From Spirochaetia bacterium (GTDB lineage: Bacteria; Spirochaetota; Spirochaetia; UBA9216), in assembly GCA_963675665.1 (NCBI GenBank), contig OY776510.1:4928001-4992000 (forward strand): a DNA stretch of 64,000 bases, given 5' to 3'. A program made the position numbers and the translations under genes. The stretch's first letter is position 1. Each line of letters starts with the position of its first letter. Below the pieces are notes generated by a model. The model saw only the letters and a list, made by a program, of their open reading frames with translations, was not told where the DNA came from and made no database searches. Below are positions 37,637 through 47,752 of the stretch, piece after piece.

Positions 37637-38500
37637 ATGACTTACAGACAGGCAATGACTGAGGCTGCAGACAGACTTCGGTCGGCCGAAATAAGATTCT
37701 GCGAAACTCCCCTTCTTGATGCCTCCGTTCTTCTTGCATTTGCAGCAGGAAAAACACGTGAAAATTTATTTGCTTCTTATCCGGATGAAATACCTGCTGA
37801 AATCCTTAAACAATTCAACAGCCTGCTGGCCAAACGGCTTGAGGGCATGCCGGTCTCCTATATCCGTAATATAAAAGAATTCTTTGGACGGGATTTTTAT
37901 GTTGATGAATCAGTACTGGTTCCCAGACCCGACACCGAAATTCTAGTCGAGAAGGCTATTGAACTTATTGACGCAAATAATACCGAAAAGGTTCTCGACC
38001 TGTGCACAGGTAGCGGGTGTATAGCAGTATCGCTCAAGCTCGAACGAAGTATTATTGATATAACCGCATCTGATATTTCAGCAGAAGCGTTGAAAACAGC
38101 AAAACTTAATGCTGAAAATCACGGAGCAGATGTAGAATTTACCCAAAGCGATCTTTTTGAAAAGATAAACGGCCGTTTCGATATGATCGTCACAAATCCT
38201 CCATACCTGACATCTGCCGATACCGCTGAAATGCTCGGAACCGGCTGGCCGGAACCTGCAATTGCACTGAACGGCGGTGACGACGGACTGGATTTTATCA
38301 GGATAATAATCAATTCTTCACTGGATTATCTCAAAAATAATGGCTATCTTTTAATTGAGGCAGGCCCGAATCAGGCCGTGCCCATATCAAAACTTCTTGA
38401 TTCGGAAGGATTCGTTGATATCGGGATAACCAAAGACCTCGCGGGAAGAAACAGGGTAACAAGCGGCAGGATAAGTGGAACATACGATTACGAAATTTGA
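37637..38500 (+). CDS. prmC: Release factor glutamine methyltransferase
   Basis: VLVPRPDTE, DLCTGSG, NPPY; follows prfA. Confidence 0.95.
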   Translation: MTYRQAMTEAADRLRSAEIRFCETPLLDASVLLAFAAGKTRENLFASYPDEIPAEILKQFNSLLAKRLEGMPVSYIRNIKEFFGRDFYVDESVLVPRPDTEILVEKAIELIDANNTEKVLDLCTGSGCIAVSLKLERSIIDITASDISAEALKTAKLNAENHGADVEFTQSDLFEKINGRFDMIVTNPPYLTSADTAEMLGTGWPEPAIALNGGDDGLDFIRIIINSSLDYLKNNGYLLIEAGPNQAVPISKLLDSEGFVDIGITKDLAGRNRVTSGRISGTYDYEI

Positions 38501-40475
38501 AAATAAATTAACCGCATACAGGCCGACCGAGAAAGCCAAAATTATGAAAGCGGCCCTCTGGGCGGAAAATAAACACGGCGATCAGAAACGTGCCAGCGGC
38601 GAACCTTTTTTCATCCACCCCCTCAAGGTTGCCGATTTTCTTGTGGAATTCGGAATGGACCATGAAACAATCATTGCCGCACTGCTTCATGACGTACTTG
38701 AAGATACCGGGACTTCCGAAAATGAAATGCGAAAGGATTTCGGCCGTAACATAGTTGCCCTTGTCGACGGCGTAACAAAAATTTCCATAGTCAAAGCGAA
38801 AAGCAAAAGCATTCAGGAAACTGAAACTATGCGTAAAATGCTTATCGCAATGACGAAAGATATAAGGGTAATAATAATAAAACTGGCCGACAAGCTGCAT
38901 AACATGCAGACGCTTCAGTATCTGCCTGAAAAAAAGCGTAAAAGCATAGCAAACGAATGCCTGGAAATATACGCGCCTCTTGCCGGACGACTTGGAATTT
39001 CGGGACTGAAAACGGATCTGGAAGATCTTGCCCTGAAACATCTTAAACCTGATGTATACAAGCAGCTTTCCGGAACCATACATCTTGCACAGCATGAAAA
39101 TGTCAATTACCTTCGAAAGGTAGAACGCACCATTCTGCGCGAAGCACATAATGAAGGCATACAGATTGAAGTAAGCACCCGGGCAAAGCATATTTATTCA
39201 GTTTACCGAAAAATGAAAAAACGCAAGAAAGCTGTCGATGAAATTAACGACCTTCTGGGCATCAGAATCCTCTGCAACACGCCCACAGAGTGCTATACAA
39301 TACTCGGTGTTGTCCATCGTCTTTGGCCCCCTATTGAAAACAGGTTCAAGGATTACATTGCAATGCCCAAATCGAACCAGTACCAGAGCCTTCACACAAC
39401 GGTAATGTGCTATGAAGGGCGCCGTCTTGAGGTCCAAATCAGGACCTACGCAATGCATTACACCGCGGAATACGGAGTAGCCGCCCACTGGATATATAAA
39501 AACACCCACAAGGGTGAAAAACTGAAACCGGAAGACCTGGCTATTATAAACAAGCTGAAACGTTGGAATGAACAGCATGTTCCCCAGGGCGAATTCTGGG
39601 AAGAAATAAAAAGCGAATTGCTTCGCGATTCAATTTATGTTTTTACCCCCAAGGGTCATATTGTTGAACTGGCAAAAGACTCAACCCCGGTAGACTTTGC
39701 ATATCATATCCACACAGAGATCGGCAACCACTGTATCGGCGCCAAAACAGACGGCTCAATTATTCCGCTGAACACGCCGCTGCGCAATACCCAGGTCGTT
39801 GAAGTAATGACTTCTCCCCGCGGAAAACCCAATATAAACTGGCTGAGGTTTGCAAAAACCTCAAAGGCAAAAAATAAAATCCGGCAGTGGATTAACAAGC
39901 ATAATGAAGACCTTATTATCGAAAAGAACATTATTGCCAAAAACAAGCCGGCGCCTCCTAGGGATCTTCCGGTTGCCGAAAAAAAACCTGCCGGAGATCC
40001 CGGTGAAGTAATTAAAAGGGTTATAGATTCCGCCCGGGTACGTTTCCGCATCGGCGATGAAAAAAACATGATGATCAGCCTTGCCCATTGCTGCAACCCT
40101 GTTACCGGCGACAATATTATCGGCTATGTATCGCGCGGACGCGGAATTATTGTTCACAAAAGAGACTGTCCGAATTTAAAGCATATAGAGGAATTCAAGG
40201 AGCGAAGCATTGAAGTTGAATGGGAGGCCGTATCTCCGACGGCATCACGCCGCTTTGAGGTGACTTCAAAACTGACGAATGATTTATTTTCTGAAATTGA
40301 AGGATCAATCCGCAAATTCGGAGGGCATCTTATTGAAGGAAAACTTGAGGAAACCGACAAGGGAAACCTCAAGGGCAGCTTTACAATGGAAATGAACCGA
40401 ACGATTGATTATAAACAGATTTTAAAGAGTATCCGAATGATTCCTTCAGTTCTCAACATCAGGCCTCTTTCCTGA
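38475..40475 (+). CDS. rel: Bifunctional (p)ppGpp synthetase/hydrolase (long RSH)
   Basis: HD motif LLHDVLED, KDYIAMPK.NQYQSLH, TGS, CC zinc finger, ACT. Confidence 0.93.
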   Translation: MEHTITKFENKLTAYRPTEKAKIMKAALWAENKHGDQKRASGEPFFIHPLKVADFLVEFGMDHETIIAALLHDVLEDTGTSENEMRKDFGRNIVALVDGVTKISIVKAKSKSIQETETMRKMLIAMTKDIRVIIIKLADKLHNMQTLQYLPEKKRKSIANECLEIYAPLAGRLGISGLKTDLEDLALKHLKPDVYKQLSGTIHLAQHENVNYLRKVERTILREAHNEGIQIEVSTRAKHIYSVYRKMKKRKKAVDEINDLLGIRILCNTPTECYTILGVVHRLWPPIENRFKDYIAMPKSNQYQSLHTTVMCYEGRRLEVQIRTYAMHYTAEYGVAAHWIYKNTHKGEKLKPEDLAIINKLKRWNEQHVPQGEFWEEIKSELLRDSIYVFTPKGHIVELAKDSTPVDFAYHIHTEIGNHCIGAKTDGSIIPLNTPLRNTQVVEVMTSPRGKPNINWLRFAKTSKAKNKIRQWINKHNEDLIIEKNIIAKNKPAPPRDLPVAEKKPAGDPGEVIKRVIDSARVRFRIGDEKNMMISLAHCCNPVTGDNIIGYVSRGRGIIVHKRDCPNLKHIEEFKERSIEVEWEAVSPTASRRFEVTSKLTNDLFSEIEGSIRKFGGHLIEGKLEETDKGNLKGSFTMEMNRTIDYKQILKSIRMIPSVLNIRPLS

Positions 40476-40479
40476 ATGG

Positions 40480-40606
40480 AGGAATGATAAAATTACATCC
40501 GTGTAATTTTATCATTTTGAAGTTTGAAAATTAAACTGCGTCACAGTTTAATTTTCAAACTTCACATCTTCCATCTGCCTTCCATGGCAGGAAGTTTTTA
40601 TAGGAG
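40480..40606 (+). repeat. Multi-hairpin element copy E with IS110-like ends, upstream of trmJ
   Basis: AG-GAATGATAAAATTAC-atccgt-GTAATTTTATCATT, TTGAAGTTTGAAAA...TTTTCAAACTTCAC, CTGCC-ttccat-GGCAG, TTTTTATAGG-AG. Confidence 0.78.
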
Positions 40607-40611
40607 ATTTC

Positions 40612-41373
40612 ATGAAAGATTTATCGTTTATAAGAATTGTTCTTGAAAATCCCCAGTCAGGTAAAAACGTCGGTTCGGTTTGCCGTGCCATGAAGAACAT
40701 GGGGCTCAGCCGGCTTTATATTGCCGGAACGACTGAGGTTGATATGAAAAAAGCTTCCGTAACCGCAATTCATGCGGCGGATCTGCTTGAGAATGCTGTT
40801 TTCTGCGGCTCGGTTGAAGAGGCCCTCAAGGACACAACCGTTTCAGCCGCTGTTTCAAGACGCCGCGGGAAAAAGCGCAAGTATTTCAGTATGCTGCCCG
40901 AGGAGTTTGCCCGGCTGGCGCTCAGGTACTCAACCGGGCCCACCGACACCGTAATTCCCGGCAATAATACACACAGTGATGTCGCTGTAGTATTCGGCAA
41001 TGAAGTTTCAGGCCTGAACGACCATGATATGGCACTTTGCAACACAGCGGTGCGCATACCGTCTTCAGATGATTTTCCGTCGCTTAATTTATCACACGCG
41101 GTTCAGATTATAGCCTATGAAATTTACCGGGAAGCCCTGAAGGACGACAAGTATTGCGGTTACCGTCCGATAGGACGTGAAGAAATCGACGGCCTTACAG
41201 AAAATATTGCCGACAATCTCCGCCGGCTGGGCTTTTTTAAACAGGTGGACGATACCGACATGAGAACCTTTTTCCGGGATATATTCTCACGCGCGGCCTT
41301 GTCTGCGGGAGAAGCCAACCGGATAGGAAAAATATTCACAAAAATCAGGGGCCTGGCCTCACGCCGCGGCTGA
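40612..41373 (+). CDS. trmJ: SPOUT tRNA methyltransferase, TrmJ-like
   Basis: NVGSVCRAMKNMG, VFGNE.SGL, SLNLSHAVQ. Confidence 0.85.
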   Translation: MKDLSFIRIVLENPQSGKNVGSVCRAMKNMGLSRLYIAGTTEVDMKKASVTAIHAADLLENAVFCGSVEEALKDTTVSAAVSRRRGKKRKYFSMLPEEFARLALRYSTGPTDTVIPGNNTHSDVAVVFGNEVSGLNDHDMALCNTAVRIPSSDDFPSLNLSHAVQIIAYEIYREALKDDKYCGYRPIGREEIDGLTENIADNLRRLGFFKQVDDTDMRTFFRDIFSRAALSAGEANRIGKIFTKIRGLASRRG

Positions 41374-41413
41374 GAACTCTTCTACATGGGCCTCATCAGA
41401 ACGCAAATGTTTA

Positions 41414-42808
41414 TTACAGCGAATCCGCAATATTTATCAGTTTGTCTCTGCGCGTAAACGCCATTACCGACGCGGCGCGGGCAATATGTTCTACAATATA
41501 TTCAGGCAGGTTTTGCAGATAAGTCAAGGCAGACATATTTTCATTAAGATAGTCTCTTGAAGCATCAATACACTGCTCTTTCCGATTTTCCTCGATATTG
41601 CAGTAAATGAATAACGACAAAGGTGAGTTCTGCAAATCAAAATCGGAGGAATCTGAACGACCGTATTTAAACAACTGATAGAGTTTCGTATTTTCAATTT
41701 TCCTGATTCGGGGACAATCCTCAATTTCAGGGAGATGATATGTAAGCCTGCACCATTCTTTACCGGGATTTATATCTCCCATAAAAAACGATACCGGGGT
41801 GTCTCCTCCTGAAAGTTCAGCCAGCGCCTGAAGTATTCCTGCGCTGATCATCTTAATTCCAAGATATTGACTGGCTATAGAAAGGTTGATTTTTGTCCTG
41901 CTTATCAGCGATTCATACTCATCCGCGGCAGGATAATCGGCATACTGCTGAAACACCGTTTCGGGTTTTAAAAACGACAGAAAACCTTCCATTTTTCGAA
42001 GCGCCGCTGCATAGCTTCTGATTGTATACAAACCATGAAAAAAAAGCTCCGGATTGGATTCCGGCAGCAGTTTCCAGGTATTATCCAGAAAGTGCGCAGA
42101 ATCCTCCTCCGCGAAATTGTTAATGTCTCTGTTGGATAACGTTACAGCCGAGATAACAGTCTGAATAATATCCTCTTCAACCAGCCCCAACCGGAACAGC
42201 TCATTGGTTTTCTGAATACGCATTTTCAACTGTTCGGCGGGAGACCGGCCTTCAGAATCAGGGGCGCGGAAAGGTATTGTCATTTCTATTCCCGCTGTAG
42301 CAATTAACAAATCCGCGTCCTTCACCGCTCCCACAAGAAGCGAATTCATTACAAGCGCGCTGAGGAACTCATTCAGCCCGGCATAGGGAGATAAAACCTG
42401 CCCGGGCGAAAAACCGAAAACCGATGCTGTACCGTAAAAGGCTCTGTCAGAGGGGTCAATATCATTACGAATTTCTATCCGATCCCCGTCAACAATGAGA
42501 TATGGTATCAATATGGATTCAATATCTTTATGAAAACCGTTGTCTACCTGATAATAAACCAGATCATGAAAAACAGCAGCCAGCGAAAGATGAGGGTCTT
42601 TGCCGTCGGCAAGATCAAAAATATGCTCCGGGGTATGAAAACTTCTGTTCTGCATTCTCATAGCCTGGTAAACAAGAATACCCATATTCTCAATGGTATT
42701 ATCGTCTACTGACGCCTTCAGTTGCTTAAGGGCATTTTGGAGCAAAGAAATAGTGCTGTGTATAGCACCTTCAGGAATTTCGGAGGGATTAAAATCACAT
42801 TTCGCCAT
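41414..42808 (-). CDS. Hypothetical protein with an HD-like metal-binding motif
   Basis: FHTPEH...FHDLVY; 464 aa. Confidence 0.6.
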   Translation of the reverse strand: MAKCDFNPSEIPEGAIHSTISLLQNALKQLKASVDDNTIENMGILVYQAMRMQNRSFHTPEHIFDLADGKDPHLSLAAVFHDLVYYQVDNGFHKDIESILIPYLIVDGDRIEIRNDIDPSDRAFYGTASVFGFSPGQVLSPYAGLNEFLSALVMNSLLVGAVKDADLLIATAGIEMTIPFRAPDSEGRSPAEQLKMRIQKTNELFRLGLVEEDIIQTVISAVTLSNRDINNFAEEDSAHFLDNTWKLLPESNPELFFHGLYTIRSYAAALRKMEGFLSFLKPETVFQQYADYPAADEYESLISRTKINLSIASQYLGIKMISAGILQALAELSGGDTPVSFFMGDINPGKEWCRLTYHLPEIEDCPRIRKIENTKLYQLFKYGRSDSSDFDLQNSPLSLFIYCNIEENRKEQCIDASRDYLNENMSALTYLQNLPEYIVEHIARAASVMAFTRRDKLINIADSL

Positions 42809-43031
42809 ATACAGTCACCTTATAACTTTCATTTTCATATATTATATCAGAAATTGCTTTTATGCGTGACAAAAAAATTAGTAACGACAGCTCCCGTAAC
42901 ATCTCTTATGCTTCAGCTTTTTTTAATACTGAACGAAGGTTCATGCTGCAAAAGACTTGAACAGACGAAAGGATTTAATATAATTAATACATAATATTAT
43001 TTTTGATAAAATAAATTTTAAGGTAATTAAT

Positions 43032-44720
43032 TTGAGCCGTATCAGTATAAAAATAATATGCTCAATAGTACTGAGCGTTTTCATTGTGGCCATTACTATT
43101 GGAGCAATAAGCTCATCGCGGGCCGCAATGATAATACAGGAAGAGACCTACCTGAAATTTCAATATATGGCGACAAGCTACGCAAACAGGTTCAGTCTTC
43201 TTCTGTCAGAAGTAGAAACTGCAATACATACTTTATCATCAACTGTAACCAGTGATTTTAAAACGGATGATTTCAGGAACGATATTAATTACCGCAGTTA
43301 CTATATGAACAAGACAAACGGCATTCTTCTGGATATTATCCTCCAAAACACTTCAATACAGGGAATATATCTTGCGATTAATCCGGAGATAACCGGCAAA
43401 GTATATGAATCCTGGTATATAAACAATGGAAATGAAAATTTCATATACCAGGAGCCCGAAGATATTTCCACATTTTACCCGGAAAACGAAAATATGAAAT
43501 GGTATTATGATCCAATCAGGACGGGAGAAGGTGTCTGGTCCATGCCTTACACAGACGCTACCATTAATATAAAAATGATTTCATATACAAAGGCTATCTA
43601 CGCAGGAAAGCAGCTGATCGGTGTTGCAGGAATAGACCTGTCCTTTAACGATATATTTAAAACTATCTCGGAAATAGTACTGTATGATTCCGGGTACGGG
43701 ATACTTACTGATTCCAGTTATCACGTAATCGTACACCCGGAATTACAGGAAGGTACGGATATAAGCAAACTGCAAAATGAGAACTTTAAATCCGTTATTA
43801 ACTCTCTGAAACAAAATAATACTGATGTACTTTTATACAAATATCGTAATATTGATAAAATAATGGGCTTTTCAAAACTTACCAATGATTGGGTTTTTTT
43901 GGCAGTAGCTGACCTTGCGGACATTAACACTCCTGTAAAAAGACTTCGTCAGGTTATTACGGTAATTGTAATTATAGTTATCCTTTTCGGCGCTGCTGTC
44001 GGACTTTCCATTTCCAAATCCATTACAGGTCAGCTGAATATACTCCATGAAATGACAGACCGGATAGGTAATGGAAATTTCAAACTGCCTTCTGCCCCTG
44101 AAACAAACGACGAAATAGGAAACCTGGCACGAAGCTTCAGGGTAATGAGTCAGAAGCTGGAAGCATCACAAAAGGATCTTCTTGAACTCAACAACAGCAT
44201 GAAGATTTTAGCCTTCCATGATCCGTTAACCAGATTACCAAACAGAAGATACGGAATGGATGCTTTAGAAAAAATGGTAAATAACTATAATGCAGAAAAT
44301 TTTGATATCTGCGGAATCATGTCTATCGATCTTGATAATTTTAAAGACATTAACGACACAAAAGGACACGACGTCGGTGATAAAATTCTGATACAGACTT
44401 CAGAAATGATGAATCACCAAATCAGCAGTCATGACCTCCTGTGCAGGATAGGCGGAGATGAGTTTCTTCTTCTTTTTCGAAAGGTACCGTCAGTATCTCA
44501 TGTAGAGGCGATGGCAAAACGTATCCTTAATGCTGTTAAAGAACCTGTTCTGATAGATTCCTGTGAAATTCATTCCGGCTGCAGTATCGGAATCGCCATT
44601 CTCGATACTGGAAACAACGACATTGATAAAATACTGAAGAATGCTGATTTGGCATTATACTCAGTCAAGAAAAGCGGCCGAAATAATTATTGCCTGTACA
44701 CAGACGATTCAGAAACATAG
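43032..44720 (+). CDS. Diguanylate cyclase (TM-dCache-TM-HAMP-GGDEF)
   Basis: WYY...WSMPYTD Cache domain; DPLTRLPNRR; intact GGDEF. Confidence 0.92.
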   Translation: MSRISIKIICSIVLSVFIVAITIGAISSSRAAMIIQEETYLKFQYMATSYANRFSLLLSEVETAIHTLSSTVTSDFKTDDFRNDINYRSYYMNKTNGILLDIILQNTSIQGIYLAINPEITGKVYESWYINNGNENFIYQEPEDISTFYPENENMKWYYDPIRTGEGVWSMPYTDATINIKMISYTKAIYAGKQLIGVAGIDLSFNDIFKTISEIVLYDSGYGILTDSSYHVIVHPELQEGTDISKLQNENFKSVINSLKQNNTDVLLYKYRNIDKIMGFSKLTNDWVFLAVADLADINTPVKRLRQVITVIVIIVILFGAAVGLSISKSITGQLNILHEMTDRIGNGNFKLPSAPETNDEIGNLARSFRVMSQKLEASQKDLLELNNSMKILAFHDPLTRLPNRRYGMDALEKMVNNYNAENFDICGIMSIDLDNFKDINDTKGHDVGDKILIQTSEMMNHQISSHDLLCRIGGDEFLLLFRKVPSVSHVEAMAKRILNAVKEPVLIDSCEIHSGCSIGIAILDTGNNDIDKILKNADLALYSVKKSGRNNYCLYTDDSET

Positions 44721-44724
44721 TTTC

Positions 44725-45525
44725 TTACAAATCATCCAGTTCAAACTCAAGTGTAAACAGGGTTCCGCTGTTATAATCTGTATAGCTGTAATCGGCATTT
44801 ATCTGGGTTGAGAGCGCTTCAATAATGCTCATACCGAAGGTTTCAGAGTTCTCCTTATCCGAATTTTCAAAAAGCCCTGACCCTTCATCACTAATACTTA
44901 CTTTTATTGATTTTAAACTGCCTGAGGCGCGCTCCACTTTAATCACTAGCTCACCCTTGTCATCCGGAAAAGCATGCTTAAAAGAATTTAAAACTACCTC
45001 GTTTATAATTAATGCAAACGCTATACCATTATCAAGAAGAAGGATAATTTCTTCATCCGGAAAATCAAATCTCAGCCTGACATTCGGCTTTCCGGCATAA
45101 GCTCTTAGCTCTATCGCAAGATTCCTGATCATCGCAAGCATGGTTACATCGGTATAATTCTCAGAAAAAATGGAATCCTGATAAACCATAGATACAGTTT
45201 CAACCCTGCGTAAAGATTTATTAAAGTGAGAAAGTTCAATATCGTTTGCATGTAATGATCCCAGTGATAATAAGCTTGTAATCAATTGCAGATTATTCTT
45301 TACCCTGTGATTTAATTCATGTATAAGCCCGTTTTTTTCATTCAGAAGATTTTCCAGTTCGTTTTCCCGTTCCTCGAGGGTTCTTACTGTAGCCATCAGA
45401 AGCTTCTGCTTATCCTCAAGATCCCTGACTTTCTCCTGCAGCTGGGAATAATAGCTTTTTTTAATAGAAGAATCTCCCAGTCCTATTATCTTCTTTCTGA
45501 TGTCGTCATCGGAGGAGTTTTTCAT
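44725..45525 (-). CDS. HisKA_2 histidine kinase with an N-terminal GLG..S.KKSYY coiled coil
   Basis: ELNHRVKNNLQ, NSFKHAF, DEGSG. Confidence 0.85.
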   Translation of the reverse strand: MKNSSDDDIRKKIIGLGDSSIKKSYYSQLQEKVRDLEDKQKLLMATVRTLEERENELENLLNEKNGLIHELNHRVKNNLQLITSLLSLGSLHANDIELSHFNKSLRRVETVSMVYQDSIFSENYTDVTMLAMIRNLAIELRAYAGKPNVRLRFDFPDEEIILLLDNGIAFALIINEVVLNSFKHAFPDDKGELVIKVERASGSLKSIKVSISDEGSGLFENSDKENSETFGMSIIEALSTQINADYSYTDYNSGTLFTLEFELDDL

Positions 45526-46675
45526 AGATACTGATTATATCCTTTTCGGTTACCGGCATGGGATTGGTTACTGTACACGCATCCTGGATTGCTTTTTCAG
45601 CCAGTTTTTCAAGAACATTTGGGCTTATATCTTTCGAATCAAGGGAAGTCCTGATACCGATTTCTTTTTTCAAATCTGTTATCGAATCAACCAGTAAGTC
45701 AAGAACTTCATCTGCTCCTGCTTCGGATAAATCTTTGTCGATCATCATTTCTGCCAGTTTTCTGTATCGTTCCGGTTCAGCCTCAAAATTATATTTAACA
45801 ACCGGCTCAAACAGCATACCGTTACAGTAACCGTGGGAAAGATCATAAAAACCACCAAGAGCATGCGACATTGAGTGAATCAACCCAAGGCTTGCATTGG
45901 AAAAAGCCAGTCCGGCATGTAGACTCCCCTGCATCATTCCTGTTCTCGCTTGAATATCATCCGGCGATTCAACAGCGCGTTTGAGATTTTTAATGATGTA
46001 TTCAACTGCTTTTTCGGCATGCAGATCGGTAAGAGAGCTCGTGGCATTGGAAACATAAGCCTCAAAAGCATGAGACAGCGCATCGATTCCCGTTTCAGCA
46101 GTCCGTTCCCTGTCCATCGTAACTGAAAGTAATGGGTCGATTATACTGGCGTCCGAAACTATCCCCTTGCTTACTATTGCCATTTTATATTTTTGGCTTG
46201 TATCAGTGATAATAGCGAATTGTGAAACATCAGCAGAAGTCCCGGCTGTGGTCGGAATCGCAATCAACGGAGGAACCGGCTGCTCAACCTTATCTACGCC
46301 CTCAAAATTCTTAATTGCTTTTTTATTTGAAACTACAATACCTATACCCTTGGAACAATCTATCGGGCTGCCGCCTCCGAGCGCCACCAGCATATCACAG
46401 CCGTTTTCAAGATATACTTCTACCCCTTTATCTATTTCCGTATCCTTCGGATTAGGTGTTACATCATAGAAGGGAACAAAACTGATACCTGCATTGTTAA
46501 GAATATTTTCAAGATGTGATGTCCAGCCGACATTCTCTATTCCGCGATCTGAAACAAGCAAAACCTTCCGACCGCCCGTATTCCTGATATACGAAACACA
46601 TTTTTCAAGAGATCCCTTACCAAAAAGAATTTCCGGTGCGACAAATTTTCTTAATTCATCATACGCTTCACTCAT
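45506..46675 (-). CDS. Iron-containing alcohol dehydrogenase-like protein (ErcA-like)
   Basis: LRKFVAPEILFG, GGGSPID, PTTAGT.ADVSQF, H.MSH..GG.YDL.HG. Confidence 0.85.
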   Translation of the reverse strand: MSEAYDELRKFVAPEILFGKGSLEKCVSYIRNTGGRKVLLVSDRGIENVGWTSHLENILNNAGISFVPFYDVTPNPKDTEIDKGVEVYLENGCDMLVALGGGSPIDCSKGIGIVVSNKKAIKNFEGVDKVEQPVPPLIAIPTTAGTSADVSQFAIITDTSQKYKMAIVSKGIVSDASIIDPLLSVTMDRERTAETGIDALSHAFEAYVSNATSSLTDLHAEKAVEYIIKNLKRAVESPDDIQARTGMMQGSLHAGLAFSNASLGLIHSMSHALGGFYDLSHGYCNGMLFEPVVKYNFEAEPERYRKLAEMMIDKDLSEAGADEVLDLLVDSITDLKKEIGIRTSLDSKDISPNVLEKLAEKAIQDACTVTNPMPVTEKDIISIYEKLLR

Positions 46676-46774
46676 ATATAAACTATAAGATATTAAAATT
46701 CATATTTCAAATGATTATCGAATAATATATATTACTTACCTTTATGATTTTCAAATACCCAATGTAAATGCATA

Positions 46775-47752
46775 TCAGCTACTGACAGTTATCCGAACAC
46801 CTTCCTGCAGACTGTATCTTGGTATATAACCGTCGGCCTTTGCCTTTGAAATATCATGATAATAGAAACTTCGGGCAATACCGTCCACAATATCGGTGGT
46901 CAGCTGCGGTTCAAAACGTAAAACCTTCCCGGCCAGCTCAAACAACGATGCAATAAAATATGCAAACCAGTACGGAAGCGGAATAATCCGCCTGTTCTTG
47001 CCGATTTCCTCTCTTAAAATCATTAGAATTTCGCGAAGGGTTACCGGGTCATCATCCGAGATAACATACATATTGATGCCGGAATCATTATTCTCCATGA
47101 GCTTAACCATGGCCCACGCGAGGTTCCCGACAAAGCAGAGCGGAAAGAAGTTCTTCTGGTTCCCGATAATAACCAGGGTCGGAGTTTCCATTTTTTTAAA
47201 AAGTACAGATGCGGCGGTAATCGGATTTGCCCTGGGGCCGAAAAACGGCGGAGGACGGAAAATTATCACCGTTATTTTACCTTCGGCCAGTTCTTTGATT
47301 TTATTCTCCGCCAGGAGTTTTGTTTTCCCGTATAAGGTCCGGGGTTTGCATACCGAGTTTTCCGTAATAGGCTGAGACTCCGACCCGACGGGACCTACAG
47401 CAGCCATGCTGCTTGGAAAAACAAATTTTGAAGCCCCTGCGATTATCGCTGCTTTCAGAACATTCTCAACACCGCCGACATTCAGTCCGTAATACTCTTC
47501 TTCGGTAACAGGCGCTTTGCCGAGATAAGCTGCCAAATGGTAAACAATATCACCCTCTTGCAGAATGGACTGAATGCTTTGCTGATCCAAAACATCGCCG
47601 ACCTGAAAATCCGCACCGAGAGAATCAATGTATTCGTGACGGGCCTCTTTACGGTCAACACATAAAACCGGATACCCCTGCTCAAGCAGCAATTCAATGA
47701 GATGAGATCCAAGAAAACCGGCACCTCCGATTACAACAACCCTGTTTTTCAT
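46775..47752 (-). CDS. NAD-dependent epimerase/dehydratase
   Basis: GGAGFLG, YGKTK. Confidence 0.88.
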   Translation of the reverse strand: MKNRVVVIGGAGFLGSHLIELLLEQGYPVLCVDRKEARHEYIDSLGADFQVGDVLDQQSIQSILQEGDIVYHLAAYLGKAPVTEEEYYGLNVGGVENVLKAAIIAGASKFVFPSSMAAVGPVGSESQPITENSVCKPRTLYGKTKLLAENKIKELAEGKITVIIFRPPPFFGPRANPITAASVLFKKMETPTLVIIGNQKNFFPLCFVGNLAWAMVKLMENNDSGINMYVISDDDPVTLREILMILREEIGKNRRIIPLPYWFAYFIASLFELAGKVLRFEPQLTTDIVDGIARSFYYHDISKAKADGYIPRYSLQEGVRITVSS

